A DNA stretch of 59,314 nt. It comes from Leucoraja erinacea. Taxonomy: Eukaryota. The notes under the pieces were generated by a model. The model was not told the DNA's origin and made no database searches. It saw nothing but the letters and a program-made list of their open reading frames with translations. The translations under genes were made by a program, and so were the position numbers. The DNA is taken from NCBI RefSeq assembly GCF_028641065.1, contig NC_073426.1, forward strand, positions 1,178,001 to 1,237,314, read 5' to 3'. Numbering within the stretch: the stretch's first letter is position 1; every line of letters begins with the position of its first letter. Shown here one piece after another: positions 11,098 to 24,740 of this stretch.

Positions 11098-11900
11098 GGT
11101 TGTAATTGTAATTGTAATTGTAAATCTTTATTGTCATTTCCTGAGTATTCGCATACTCAGAGGAAACAAAAAAAACGTTTCTCAACCAGTGTCCATTCAG
11201 TTTTCATTACAAAATAAATAGCAATTAAAATTAAAATACATGTCATGAACAATTTAACCCTCTAATAACATTCAATAACATTCAACAGCCGTTCCGACCG
11301 GCAGCGGCACAACAGTGGCTCTGCTGCAGTGTGGGGTGTTTGTGCGCGATACTTGGCAGGGGGGAAAGTTCATTTAACAGTCTTATAGCCTGTGGGAAGA
11401 AGCTGAGGAGCATCCTGCTGGTTTTGCAGCTGATGCTCCTGTACCTCTTCCCAGATGGGAGGATGGTGAAAAAGTCATGCGATGGGTGGTAAGGGTCTTT
11501 GATGATGGAGATGGCTCTGTTGATGCATCTCTTCTTGTATATGTCCAGCAGGAAGGGGAGTGGAGCACCAATAATCCTGCTTGCGGTCTTCACTATCCTG
11601 TCCAGTTGGTGCCGTTCGTACGCCTTGCAGCTCCCGAACCAGGAAGTGATGCCGTATGTCAGTGTGCTCTCGACAGTCCCCCTGTAAAAAGTCCGTAGAT
11701 GTGTGGTGGGGAGGCCTGCTTTCCGTAGTCTTCGGAGGGGGTGAAGTCGCTGCTGGGCTCTCTTGACCAGAGCTGTGGTGTTGGCCGTGGACGTCAGGTC
11801 ATCAGACAGGTGTAGTCCTAAGAACTTCATGCTGCTGACCCTTTCCACATCAGCTCCGTCGATGTGCAAAGGTGCATGGTGATGTTTCCCCGCCCTCCTG
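11098..11900 (-). mobile_element. Rex1/Babar LINE 3' fragment, close relative of 5621-6667
   Basis: ORF 11282-11911 nearly identical to the C-terminal part of ORF 5637-6509; (ACAATT)n tail. Confidence 0.88.
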
Positions 11901-13871
11901 ATTCTGTGCATCTAACTAAATTGTGTTCCATGCAAGATTCCAGCATCTGCAGTTTCTTGTATCTCGCTCACTTCTGAAGAAGAGTCTCGACCGGAAACAT
12001 CGCCCATTTCTTCTCTCTAGAGATGCTGAGTTACTCCAACATTCTGTATCCACCTGTCACTTGCCAGGCTTTGTCCAGCCCCCATCTCTCTTTTCCAGCT
12101 TCCTCCCCCCAACCTCTCCAATCAGTCTGAAGAAGGGTCCTGACTCAAAACGTCGTCTGTTCATTCCCTCTAAAGCGATGGAGGAACTCAGTGGGTCAGG
12201 CCGCATCTGTAGAGGGAAGGGAATCTAAGGCGACCACTCCCACCTCTCCTTTTCAACTTTCTCCACCCCCCACACCAAGCAGTCTGAAGAAGGGTCTTGA
12301 CCTAGAATGTTGCCTGTCCATGCTCTTCGGAGGTGCAAGTTACTCGAGGAGATTGTGGCTCTTTTTGTAAACCAGCATCTGCTGTTCCTTGTATCTAGAC
12401 TAGGCGTGCATTTCCTCATACACTTGGCCTAAGTTATGGGCCTCGGAGCCTGTCAAGTAAAGGCCTACTGGAGTCAGGCTCCTGTTGCTAGAGAATGCCC
12501 AGTCTGTTGTCAAGGAAGGCCTACTGCCAACAGGCTTCTGTTGCGAAGGATGATCTCCTGGTATCAAACTCCCGTTGCTAAGAAACTCACACAGAAACGC
12601 TCCCACACTCCAGCACTAATAAATTCAACTTTTTGCCAGCCATGAGTTGCTGTTCCTCCAGTTTGCGTGTCACCTCGCACATCTCACACCAAATGCTTCT
12701 AGTAGTTATGGGGACCAGAATAGCACACCACACTACCCAAGTATTGTCCCAGCCACACACACACATACACCGACATCTTACGTACAGCTCTCTCTAACAT
12801 GATGTCTGTCCTAACTAACTCGTGCACTCAATGCTCTGACTGATGAAGAAGGTGAGCAAGCTTGACAAATTGCTGCTGCTGCTTCTTTATCACCCCGCTG
12901 TCTGTCTATCTGTGTGTTATCACTTTCAGAGAATTATGCACACGTACTATTTTCTCTCTCCCTTCTCTCTCTCTCTAAGTTTATAGACAGCAGCAGCAGC
13001 AAAATCTGTGATGTACAGGACTTTAAAAGGAAGCCTGACCTTCTGAAATTGCAGCAGGGTCTGGATCAACTGGAAATGTGAGCCAAGGAATAATGGCAGA
13101 TTGAATTTAACTTGGACAAGTGCAAAGTGGGAAGTTAAATCAGTGCAGCAGCAGCAGGACTTACACTGGAAATGGCAGCAGAACCCCAGAGAATGTTGTA
13201 GGAGGACACAGAGACCGCCGAATAGTACGAGTGCATGATTCTCTGAAAGTGATAAACAGGGTGATGAAGAAGCAGTTTGTCAAACTTGTCTTCATCAGTC
13301 AGAGCGTTGAGTACGAGACTTGGTACAAGAGCTGTACAAAAAATGTTGGTACATTAAAAAAAGAGGGGGAGAGAGAGGAGGGAGGGAGGATAGGGAGAGG
13401 GGAGAGTAGGAGAAAGAGTGAGAGGGAGAGAGAGAATGATTACATACAAAAATGACATACAAAAGCACAGTAATTTGCTTCCAAAAGCACAATTACATAC
13501 AAAAGCATAATACAGTTTAAAATCAAGAATAGAGAGGTCCCTCTCTCCCTCCCTTCTCTCCCCCTCCCCTCTCTCTCCCCCCAACTTCTCTCCCCTCTCA
13601 CTTTACCCCCTCTCCCCTCTCTCCCCCTTTCTCCCTCTCTTCCCCACCCTCCTCCCTCTCCCCTCTCTCTCTTCTCCCTCCCTCTCCCCTCTTTACTATC
13701 TCCCCCTCTCTCACACAGACAGGTTTAACACTCGCACACACTCTCACGTTTTAAACTCTTCCTGAAATGCGCAGAGTGAAAATGAAAGTAGCAAAGGACA
13801 TAAATGGAGGTATAAACTGTTTGAAATATTCCCAGCTAGTGAGGAGGGAAACTTGGGATCAATGCGGTGAA

Positions 13872-13914
13872 ATGTCACTCAGGATTATCATACTCCTGCT
13901 GCTCACCTTTGCTG
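13872..13914 (+). CDS. Orphan signal-peptide exon (MSLRIIILLLLTFA + G) of an unidentified secreted or membrane protein
   Basis: ATG, hydrophobic leader, 43 nt, phase-1 donor GTGAGT; TATAAA at 13811; GAAAATGAAAGT at 13778. Confidence 0.55.
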
Positions 13915-15072
13915 GTGAGTGTGAGTGTGTACACCTGCGTGAGAGAGAGAGATGAGATGGTGCAGAGAGGGGCGAGAGAAGAGAGGGAGAGGGAGTGTGA
14001 GAGCAAGAGAGAGAGATTGTGAGAGAGCAAGATAGATTAATCTTGTGTGTATGAGATTAAATGGTTTTCATTAAACTGTAAAATTCCACTGCGTAGTCTT
14101 TATCCTTTTACGGGGAGAGAGTTCACGGTTCCCTGCTCCCCCTAACAGCTCAAAGGTAGAGAGAAAGAGAAATTTAGTTTTAGAGATACAGCGCGGAAAC
14201 TGGCCCTTCGGCCCACCGACCAGCGATCGCCCGTTCACACTAGTTTAGAGATACCGTGCGGATAGGGGAGTAAAGGAGGTGGGTGGGGTGTGCAGCAACT
14301 GAGTTTTTTATTGAGGGTCAGCGGACGCTGGTCACTGTTCAGTTCTTATATCTGTGATTCGCTCTGCGACCCCGAGCTTGTTCAAACTTCCCCCCTTTCG
14401 AACGGATGTAGAGAGGAGATAAAGAGAGAGGTAGGTACCGGAGCGGGAGGGGGGGGGGGGGGGGGGGGGGGAGGAGAGGGGTGATAGAGGGGTGGCTCGA
14501 GGGGCTGAATGACCTACACCAGCACAAATTTCCCCTGTTTCTAGGTCTCCACTAGATCTCTCTCGTAGGTCGATACCCCGACCACATTACTAAAAAAACG
14601 CTTGAAGCAAAAAAAAAATCTCCATGTTCTAGATGAGTTTGTGCAAATTTGTCTGTGTGATATTGTACCACATTGATGCTGAGCCACATGAGTTGGATAT
14701 CAATAAATATACTGTGAATTTACAAGGAAATCTTTTAGTCTGGGCTCATGTTTTAATGTCTAGTTTGGAGATACATGGCGCTGTGATTGGATGCTGATCC
14801 GAGACAGATTGTGATTGGTCAGATTCCCTGATTGGTCAGTGCATTTCCGCTGCGAGTCAGAGGCGGGACTTCTGGTGATATCCGGGGCCGAGATTGGTCC
14901 TGCTCCTTGTCAGTCAGCGACACAAGTCAGCGATTGGTCTAGTCAAAGCCCCGCGTCACATCACAATGGCCACTCACACTTACTGCGTTTCCACTTTGAA
15001 GGAAATTACCCAAAATTCTGGAAATTCTGGTTGTCTTCTGGTAATTTTAGGAAAATTAAATAATTTGGGGAA

Positions 15073-17238
15073 ATTTCTCGGCCCGGTCACCCAGTAAGCC
15101 TTCCCCCACTGCGCATGTGCGACTGCTGCCCCAACTGCCCACGGCAGATACTGTGCACACTGTGCACACGCGGGGAGACGCAAAGCATATGTTACAAAAT
15201 TTGAGATTCTAAAAATCAAGCCTGTAATTTATCCCATCAGATAAAGCATAAAAACAACTTTAATTTGATACCTAATTCACTTTCATATCTTCAGTATTAA
15301 AAAGGTTATGGTCATTTTCATACTTGGAAATTAGCATTTCCATTGACTTAACACAAAAGCTGTGATCGAGGACAGTCAAAAGCCCATAACTTTCTTAAAA
15401 ATTAAGAGAACTGAATGACATTTTCAGTTATTATAGATTGAAGCATTCGGAAACAAATATAAAAACATCTTACTTGGATGACCTAAAATTAAAGCATATA
15501 ATTAGTTAGTTACGTAATTGTAGCTAATTACAAAATTGACTGTAATAGTAATAAACATCTAGACTGCCTTGAAAATTAAAAAATGTGATATTCTCAAGAT
15601 CAGAACTTTAATATTATTGTATTATATGCTGTAAGTCCGTAACAGATAGGTAAGTAAGTTACAATTTCTAGCAATAAACTAAGTCTTTAAGGAGAAGATC
15701 AGTTGCTAGTTGGTACATTGGCATATAATAATCAGTGGCATCATCACACTCCTCAGATTGTAACCAATAAGCAACTCTGTACACCTTGTTTTTCATCATC
15801 TTTTCAATTTTGGCATTGTAAACTACATGTTTTTGCTCTTCAAATCATGCATGACATGCCTTTCTGCCCACTACTTTCCCATTAAGAATGTCCTGTAGAT
15901 CATCACATTTGGAGTAGTACAAATTCGGATAATCTCTGCGAATGCTGTCTAAATCAGTCTCTTTTGCTGGGCATTTGGATTGCCAATTTTGCATTCCTTC
16001 TTCTGAGACATCCGTTTAAAATGTAAAGGGAAAAAAAACACTGAACAGCATTAACAGAAACAAGTTTTTTTTTGCAGTTTTAGAAAAAAGGTAGAAATGA
16101 TAAAGTTAAACGCTAAAACAAATAGTAAATACCCAACAAACAATTCATATTCATCAGTTTCATCAAATCAATTAAATTCATCTAATCAATCTAAATTCAT
16201 CTAAATTACTAGATCTAAACATCTATCCATTTCTTAAGAAATGGTTAAAATGTTTAAATAACCTAAGTATACAAATAACAAACTGATCCCATTCACACAA
16301 GAATTCACAATATAACATGATTTTTGAATCTCACGTTGTCATGAATTTATATGCCAAACGGAAGGAATTTCATGTTTTATTCCCATAAATTAATATAGTA
16401 ACATCTACTCTCAATATAATCAAAATTATTATTTTTTGCACAATACATGTGACTAAAACTGTTGTGGATATTTAGTATAACAATATTAATTATGGATAGA
16501 CAATAACAAAATATAGACGATTTAATGCTATTATGACATGATTGCCCCAAAAAAAGAGAATTTTAATCATCTTGAGAGTGAGTGTTTCTGGAATGTGATC
16601 GATTGGAACGTTGCCGTTGCCGTGAATTTGAAGCCCATATCGGCAGGGAAGACACGACTGATTCGTATGGGGCCCAAGTAAACATTTTCACATCGTAAAA
16701 TTAGATTAAAGTCACCCTAAGAAGCAAGATTATATGTTAAAGATACGACTTACCTTTTGTTTTGTCCTGATATTGCGATCCGTGACCGAGAAGTCGCTTT
16801 TTACTTTAATCCAGCGATTAAATTGTCCAGCGATTTAAAAACAAAAATGGGAACGGAAGTCTGATCGATTATTCTTCATCAACTACCAGCCCGAGGAAAT
16901 CCCTGTCCGACAAGCCTGCATTTTAATCCCGCCCACCCCCATCAAAGGCTCTGGAGTCGCGCACACAGCCAGTGGCAGATCTGGAGCGCAGCTGAAGGTA
17001 GGTTTTGTAACATCGTTACGCAAACGGGTCCAATCTGGCCCACTGGATGATTTGGGGGAAAAAAGTATGTATATTTACGACCTGTACCTGTGCTGGTGTG
17101 GGGGGCCCGTTAGCCGCGTCACAATTGAAAATGGCGCCAATGTAGGGATGCAAAATAATGCCATCTCCCCGCGCGTGCAGTGGGCCTGGTATCCGCATGT
17201 GCGCAGTTGGGGAAGGCTTACCGGGCCGGGAAATACTA
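15073..17238. mobile_element. ~2.1 kb AT-rich non-autonomous DNA transposon with GC-rich TIRs
   Basis: ATTTCTCGGCCCGG..GTAAGCCTTCCCCCACTGCGCA (15073-15115) is the inverted match of TGCGCAGTTGGGGAAGGCTTACCGGGCCGGGAAAT (17200-17234). Confidence 0.6.
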
Positions 17239-18749
17239 TCAAATTCCAGGAAATTTGGGATTCTATTTCAGGAATTGTCCCACACGCACACACACCAACA
17301 TCTTTCATACAGCTCTCTAACATGATGTCCCAATTGTTGCTGAAGGTAGGCAAGCTTGACAAACAAACTGCTGCTTCTTCATCATCATCATCCTGTATGT
17401 CTTATCTGTGTGTGTTATCACTTTCAGAGAATTATGCACTCGTACTATTTTCTCACCCCTTGCTCTCTCTCTCTCTTAGTAAGTTTGTAGACAGCAATAG
17501 CAGCAGCAGCAGCAGAAAAAATTGTGATATACAGGAGTTTGAAAGCAACTGACTTAAGGGCCTGTCCCACCAGCATGCGATTGCATGCATCTAGCGCGAC
17601 CAAACGTGGTCGCTTGAGGTAATTTTTAGTCCAATCAAAGCACGTTTAACATTGAGTTGTATGCCAGTTGGCCAATCACGCGCTTTGCTTCAGGCTAGCA
17701 CACAAAATCAAAGATCCTATAGCAGAGCAGGTTCGGACAAAAAGAGAGAGATCTACAATAATTATAGGCAGCATGGAGTAAATGAGGTGCTTGAGGAGTA
17801 TAAAGAATGTAAAAAGAATCTTAAGAAAGAAATTAGAAAAGCTAAAAGAAGATATGAGGTTGCTTTGGCAAGTAAGGTGAAAGAGAATTACAGTGTAAGT
17901 CTCAATGACATTAAATAGAGGTTGACACTTTATTAATGGAAGTCCATGCAGACCTAGGTACTATGAGATGTTTCTTTCTCTAGCTATTCTGCATCCTCTG
18001 CTCCTGCACTTGAACTTGAAGTCTTATCTATGGCAGTAAATTACAGTGTAAGTCTCATTGACATTAAGAAGAGATTGACATTTTATGAATTGAAGTCCAT
18101 GCAGACCTAAGTAATATGAGATTTTTTTTTTCTGCAGCTTCTGCCCCTCCACTCTTCAGAGCCTGTCCACACAAGTTTGTTTTGTGTGGACATGCACTGT
18201 GCTTTAATGAACACTAATTTGATAATTTGCAGACTTGCCATCCCATCTACCTGGACATGCATACATGTTTAATTTCCTCATTGATATGTCGATATTGTCT
18301 TACATAATATAAACCATGAAAATATGTAAAATACACCCTGACACATATTATCTTCTATTATTAGGAGGCAGCAGTGTATCCCGGGTTATCATGCAGAGTG
18401 CTATCGTCACTTCTGCAACATAACAACAATAAATCGAGCGATAGCAAAGTCTAGAAGGAAGAAAGGTAATGATAGGACTCAAACAACAAATCTTTTTACT
18501 TGTGGTCATATGATGTTACTTTGAAAAATGAAAAGATATATTTGAGGATGTTGATTTATTTTACTTTTCATTCCTTTTCTGTTTTCTTTTTCCTCTTTCC
18601 ATATAACAACCATATAACCATATAACAATTACAGCACGGAAACAGGCCATCTCGGCCCCACAAGTCCGTGCCGAACAACATTTTTCCCTTAGTCCCACCT
18701 GCCTGCACTCATACCATAACCCTCCATTCCCTTCTCATCCATATGCCTA

Positions 18750-20292
18750 TTGAGGGAAGTTAGTGTAGAAGTAGCCGGGGCTGTGACAGAAATATTTCAA
18801 ATGTCATTAGAAACGGGAATAGTCCCCGAGGATTGGCGTACTGCGCATGTTGTTCCATTGTTTAAAAAGGGTTCTTAGAGTAAACCTAGCAATTATAGAC
18901 CTGTTAGTTTGACTTCAGTGGTGGGCAAATTAATGGAAAAGATACTTAGAGATAATATATATAAGCATCTGGATAAACAGGGTCTGATTAGGGACAGTCA
19001 ACATAGATTTGTACCTGGAAGGTCATGTTTGACTAATCTTCTTGAATTTTTTGAAGAGGTTACTAGGGAAATTGACGAGGGTAAAGCAGTGGATGTTGTC
19101 TATATGGACTTTAGTAAGGCCTTTGACAAGGTTCCTCATGGAAGGTTGGTTAAGAAGGTTCAACTGTTGGGTATAAATGCAGGAATAGCAAGATGGATTC
19201 AACAGTGGCTGAATGGGAGAAGCCAGAGGGTAATGGTGGATGGCTGTATATCGGGTTGGAGGCAGGTGACTAGTGGGATGCCTCAGGGATCTGTGTTGGG
19301 TCCTTTGTTGTTTGTCATGTACATCAATGATCTGGATGAAGGTGTGGTAAATTGGATTAGTAAGTATGCAGATGATACCAAGATAGGGGGTGTTGTGGAT
19401 AATGAAGAGGATTTCCAAAGTCTACCGAGTGATTTAGGCCATTTGGAAAAATGTGCTGAAAGATGGCAGATGGAGTTTAATGCTGATAAATGTGAGGTGC
19501 TACGCCTTGGCAGGACAAATCAAAATAGGACGTACATGGTAAATGGTAGAGAATTGAAGAATACAGTTGAACAGAGGGATCTGGGTATAACCGTGCATAG
19601 TTCCTTGAAGGTGGAATCTCATATAGATAGTATGGTAAAGAAAGCTTTTGGTATGCCAGCCTTTATAAATCAGAGCATTGAGTATAGAAGCTGGGATGTA
19701 ATGTTAAAATTGTACAAGGCATTGGTGAGACCAAATCTGGAGTATGGTGTACAATTTTGGTCGCCCATTTATAGGAAAGATGTCAACAAAATAGAGAGAG
19801 TACAGAGGTGATTTACTAGAATGTTGCCTGGGTTTCAACAACTAAGTTACAGAGATAGGTTGAATAAGTTAGGTCTTTATTCTCTGGAGAGCAGAAGGTT
19901 AAGGGGGGACTTGATAGAGGTCTTTAAAATGATGAGAGGGATAGACAGAGTTGATGTGGACAAGCTTTTCCCTTTGAGAATGGGGAAGATTCAAACAAGA
20001 GGACATGACTTCAGAATGAAGGGACAGAAGTTTAGGGGTAATATGAGGGGGGAACTTCTTTACTCAGAGAGTGGTAGCGGTGTGGAATGAGCTCCCAGTG
20101 GAAGTGGTGGAGGCAGGTTCATTGGTATCATTTAAAAATAAATTGGATAGGCATATGGATGAGACGGGAATGGAGGGTTATGGTATGAGTGCAGGCAGGT
20201 GGGACTAAGGGAAAAAAAGGTTGTACGGCACGGACTTATAGAGCCGAGATGGCCTGTTTCCGTGCTGTAATTGTTATATGTTATATGGTTAT
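18750..20292 (+). mobile_element. CR1 LINE RT and 3' end (with a short inverted CR1 3' end at about 18603-18750)
   Basis: [37 protein letters not shown]; (ATATGGTT)n tail. Confidence 0.9.
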
Positions 20293-23200
20293 GAAGCCGG
20301 CTAAACCCCTCTAAAACCATGTAAAATCTCTCAAAACACGAAACCTCTGTAAACCCCATGTAAACCCCCCCTAAACCCCCTGTAAACCTCTTTATCACCC
20401 TCTACAGCCATATAAACCCCTCTAAACCTATCTAAACACCTGCTAACACCTGTATACCACTCTAAACCCCTCTAAACTCATCTAAAATACTCTAAACCAT
20501 TCTAAACACCTGTAAATCTCTCTAAACCCCTGTAAATCCCACTAGCCCCACTAAACCCCCTGTAAACCCCATGGACGGGAAGGGAATGGAAGATTATGGT
20601 CTGAGCGCAGGTGTATGGGACTAGGGGAGAATACGTGTTTGGCACGGACTAGAAGGGTCGAGATGGCCTGTTTCCGTGCTGTAATTGTTATATGGTTATA
20701 TGGTTATATGGTTAAACCCCCAAAACCCCTGTAAACCCCATGTAAAACCTCTCTAAACCCATCTAAAACCTCTGTAACCTCCAAGTAAACCCCCCTAAAC
20801 CCCCTGTAAACCTATTTAACACCCTCTAAAACCGTCTAACCCCCTCTCTAAACACCTGCAAACAAATGTAAACCTCTCTAAACCCCTCTAAACTCATCTA
20901 AAACACTCTAAACCATTCTAAACGCCTGTAATTCCCTCTAAAGCCCTGTAAATCCCACAAACCCCTCTAAACCCCCTGTAACCCCCCCTAAACTCCTGTA
21001 AACCCTTCTAATCTTCTGTAAACATCTCGGAAACCCTCTAAACCCCACTAAACCCCTCTAAAACACTCTAAATACCTGTAAACACCTGTGAACACATGTA
21101 AATCCCTCCAAAGACGTCTAAACCCATCTAAAAAACCCTAAACCCCTGTAAATCCCTCTAAACCGGTGTAAATCCCTCTAAACCCCTCCAAACCACTCTA
21201 ACTCCCTCGAAATTCCTCCAAACTGCTTTAAACCTCCCCAAATCCCGGCAAACCCCTCCAAAGCCCCCCGAATCCATGTAAACCCCTCTAAACTCCCGTG
21301 AACCACTCTAAACGCCTCTAAACTGCTACAAAGCCCGGTGAACCTGTCAAAACCCCTGTAAAGCCCTGTAAACCTCTATACAGCCCTGCAAATCCCTCTA
21401 AACCCATCTAAACCCCCTGTAAACACCATGTAAACCCCTCTAAACCCATGTAAACCACCCTGAACCCCCTGTAAACCCCATGTAAAACCACCGAAACCAC
21501 TGTAAACCCTTATAAACCCATGTAAACCTCTGTACACACAGGTAAACCCTGTCGAAATCCCTCTAAACACCCTGTAAACCTCTCTAAAACCCTCTAAACA
21601 TCGGTAAACCCCCATAAGATACTATAACCCCCTGTAAACCCCACTAAACCCCGGTAAAACCCATGTAAACCTCCCTAAACCACTGTAAACCTCTCTCAGC
21701 CCCTGTCAAACCTTTCAAAACCCCAGTAAATCTCTCCAAAACCCTCTAATCACCTATAAACACATGTAAACCCTATGTAACCCCATCTAAACCCTCTGTA
21801 AACCACTCTAGTACTCTATAAACACATGTAACCACTGTAAACCTCTCTAATCCCCTCTAAATACATATAAACCCCTCAAAACCCCATCTAACCTCCTGTA
21901 AACCTCATTAAAAAACCCTCAAAACCTCTGTAAACCCTTCTAATCCTCTGTAAACATCTTTAAAAACCCACCAAACCACTAACCCACTCTAAACCTCTGT
22001 AAACAACTTAAATCCAAACCAAACCCCTCTAACCCACTCTAAACCACCAAACCGCTCAAAACCTCTCCAGACCCCTCCAAACCGCCCCACACCCCTCTAA
22101 ACCCCTATAACCCCTCCCTCTAAACCTCATGTAAGCCCCTCTAAATCCATGTGAACCACTCTAAACGCCTATAAACCGCAATAAAGCCCGCTAAACCCCT
22201 CTAAACCCATATAAACCTCTCTAAACCCCTATAAAGCCTTGTAAACCCTTGTAAACCCATCTAAACCCCCTGTAAGCACCATGGAAACCCCCATAAACCC
22301 CTGTAAACCCCGTGTAAAACCCCCTAAACCCCTGTAAACCATTGTAAACGCATGTAAACCTCTCTAAACATCTCTAACCCCTGTAAACAACTCTAAATCC
22401 CTCTAAACCACTACAAGCCCCCTGTAAACCCCCTGTAAATGCATCTGAACCCCCCTAAACACCTCTAAACCCTGTTAACCGCTCTAAACCCCTGTGAACC
22501 TCTCTAAACCCCTCCGAACCTCTCTAACCCCCCATGTAAACCCATGTAGAACCCCTAAACCCCTGTAAACCTCTCTAAAACACTCTAAAGCCGTCTAAAC
22601 CCCCTCTAAACACCCGCAATCATCTGTAAACCCCTCTAAACCCATCTAAAACGCTCTAAACCCATCTGAACCCCTGTAAATCCCTCTAACACCCTCTAAA
22701 CACCTCTAAACACTTGTAATCCCTGGTAAACCCCGCTAAGCCCCAATAAACGCCTGTAAACCCCTCTAGATCCCTGTAACCCCCTCTAAACCTCTATAAA
22801 CACCCTATAAAGACCTCTAAACCCCTGTAAACCCCACGTAAACCCGTCTAAACACCTGTAAACCCCTCTAAAACCCTGTAAAGCCTACTCAACAGCTGAA
22901 AACATCTCTAAACCTCTAAGACCCTTTAACCCGCTCTAAACCACGCTAAACCTCTCTAAATACCTGTAAACACCCGTAAACACCTGTAAAACGCGCTAAA
23001 CCCCTGTAAATCTCTCTAAACCCCTCCAAACTGCTCTAAACCTCTCCAGACACCCCCAAACACCATGCAAACCTCCTCTAAATCCCTTCAAAGCCCTCCA
23101 AAGACCCCGCAAAGCCCCAGTAAACACCGGTAAACCACTGTAAACCCCTTTAGATCCCTGTAAACCCCTCTAAACTCATGTAAACCTCTCTAAAACCCTC

Positions 23201-23924
23201 TAAACCCCCTGTAAACCATACTAAATCTCGCTACACCTGTAAACCCCTCTCCACCTGTAAACACCTGTAAACCCCTATAAACCTCTCTAAAACCCTCTAA
23301 ACATGTGTAAACCCCTCGAAACCCCTGTAAAGCCTACTAAACACCTGTAAATATCTCTAAAACCCTCTAAACCCTTTAAACCGTTCTAAACCCCTCTAAA
23401 CCCATCTAAAACCCTCCGAACCACTCTAACCCCCTCTAACCCCCTCGAAATCCCTCCAAACTGCTCTAAACCTCTCCAGAGACCTCCAAACTCCTGCAAG
23501 CCCCCTCTACATCCATCCAAAGCCCTCCAAAGCCAACCAAACACATATAAAGCCATCTAACCCCCTATAACACCCTGTAAACCCCATGTAAACCAATCTA
23601 AACCGCAGTTAATTACTCTAGACGTCTCTAAACCCCTATAAAGCCCGCTGAACCCCTTAAAACCCCATGTAAACACCATGTAAACCCCCAAAACCACTGG
23701 AAACTCCTCTCAACCCTTGTAAACCTGTTAATCTCTCTAAAACCGTCTAAACACCTATAAACACGTGTAACCCCTATGTAAACCCCTCTAAACCCCCTGT
23801 AAACCTCTCTAAAACACCCTAAACGCCTGTAAACCACTATAAACCTCTGTAAACCCCTCTAATCCCCTCTAAACCCATATAAACCCCTCTAAACCTCTCT
23901 AAACCGGGGATTAAGATGGGGGGT

Positions 23925-24740
23925 TAAGATGGCGGCGCTGGCTTAACAGCTGTGGCTCACCTGCAGTCCATCTGTTTTTTTTCTTTCGTTTTGTTCCTTG
24001 TCATGTTTTAGTTAATTTTGTTTTATTAAGTTGTATGTGTGTGTGGGTGGGGTGGGAGAAACATGCTTTGGTCTCTTCCTTCGGGGGATGCGACTTTTCT
24101 TCGGTCGTATTCCCCATCCCCGTCTCCGTCTGCGCCGAGGCCTAATGGTGGAGCTGGCGGCATCGGAGCTGTAGCAGCGGCAGCAGTGGCGGAGACCCGA
24201 CTCGGTCCTGGAGCTGTAGTGGCGGCAGCGGCAGCAGCAGCGGTAGCGGAGACCCGACTCGACCACAAAGCTGTAGCAGCAGCAGCAGCAGCAGTGGCAG
24301 CGGAGACCCGACTCGGCCCTGGAGCTGTCGCGACGGCAGCGACAGCAGCAGCAGCGGCGGAGACCCGACTCGGCCCCGAAGCTGTCGCGGCGGTAGCGGC
24401 AGCGGAGACCCGACTCGGCCCTGGAGATGTGGCGGAGGTAGCGGCAGCGGAGACCCGACTCGGTCCTGGAGCTGTGGCGGAGGCAGCGACCACCCGCGGA
24501 GTTTGAACCGTCGCCTCGGCGCAGAGGGAGAACAAAGAGGGAAGAGACAGAGACTTTAAGATTTTGCCTTCCACCACAGTGAGGAGGTGTTTGGTGAACT
24601 CACTGTGGTGGATGTTAAATTTGTGTTGATTGTGTGTTTTTGTCATTTTTTTAATTATATGTATGACTGCAGGGAAACAAAATTTCGTTCAGACCGAAAG
24701 GTCTGAATGACAATAAACAAATCTAATCTAATCTAATCTA
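23925..24740 (+). mobile_element. Non-autonomous composite retroelement with GC-rich VNTR
   Basis: AAGATGGCGGCG start; six repeats of GCGGAGACCCGACTCG..GCTGT (about 24189-24480); 3' AATGACAATAAA followed by (TAATC)n. Confidence 0.65.

Noticed and set aside
24170-24490. CRISPR-like repeat-spacer pattern
   Set aside because: The 'spacers' are related GCA/GCG runs, the context is eukaryotic, and there are no cas genes.
24026-24646. Ala-rich ORFs on both strands (antifreeze- or mucin-like)
   Set aside because: Produced by the GC-rich VNTR of a retroelement; open on both strands, with no splice or promoter context.
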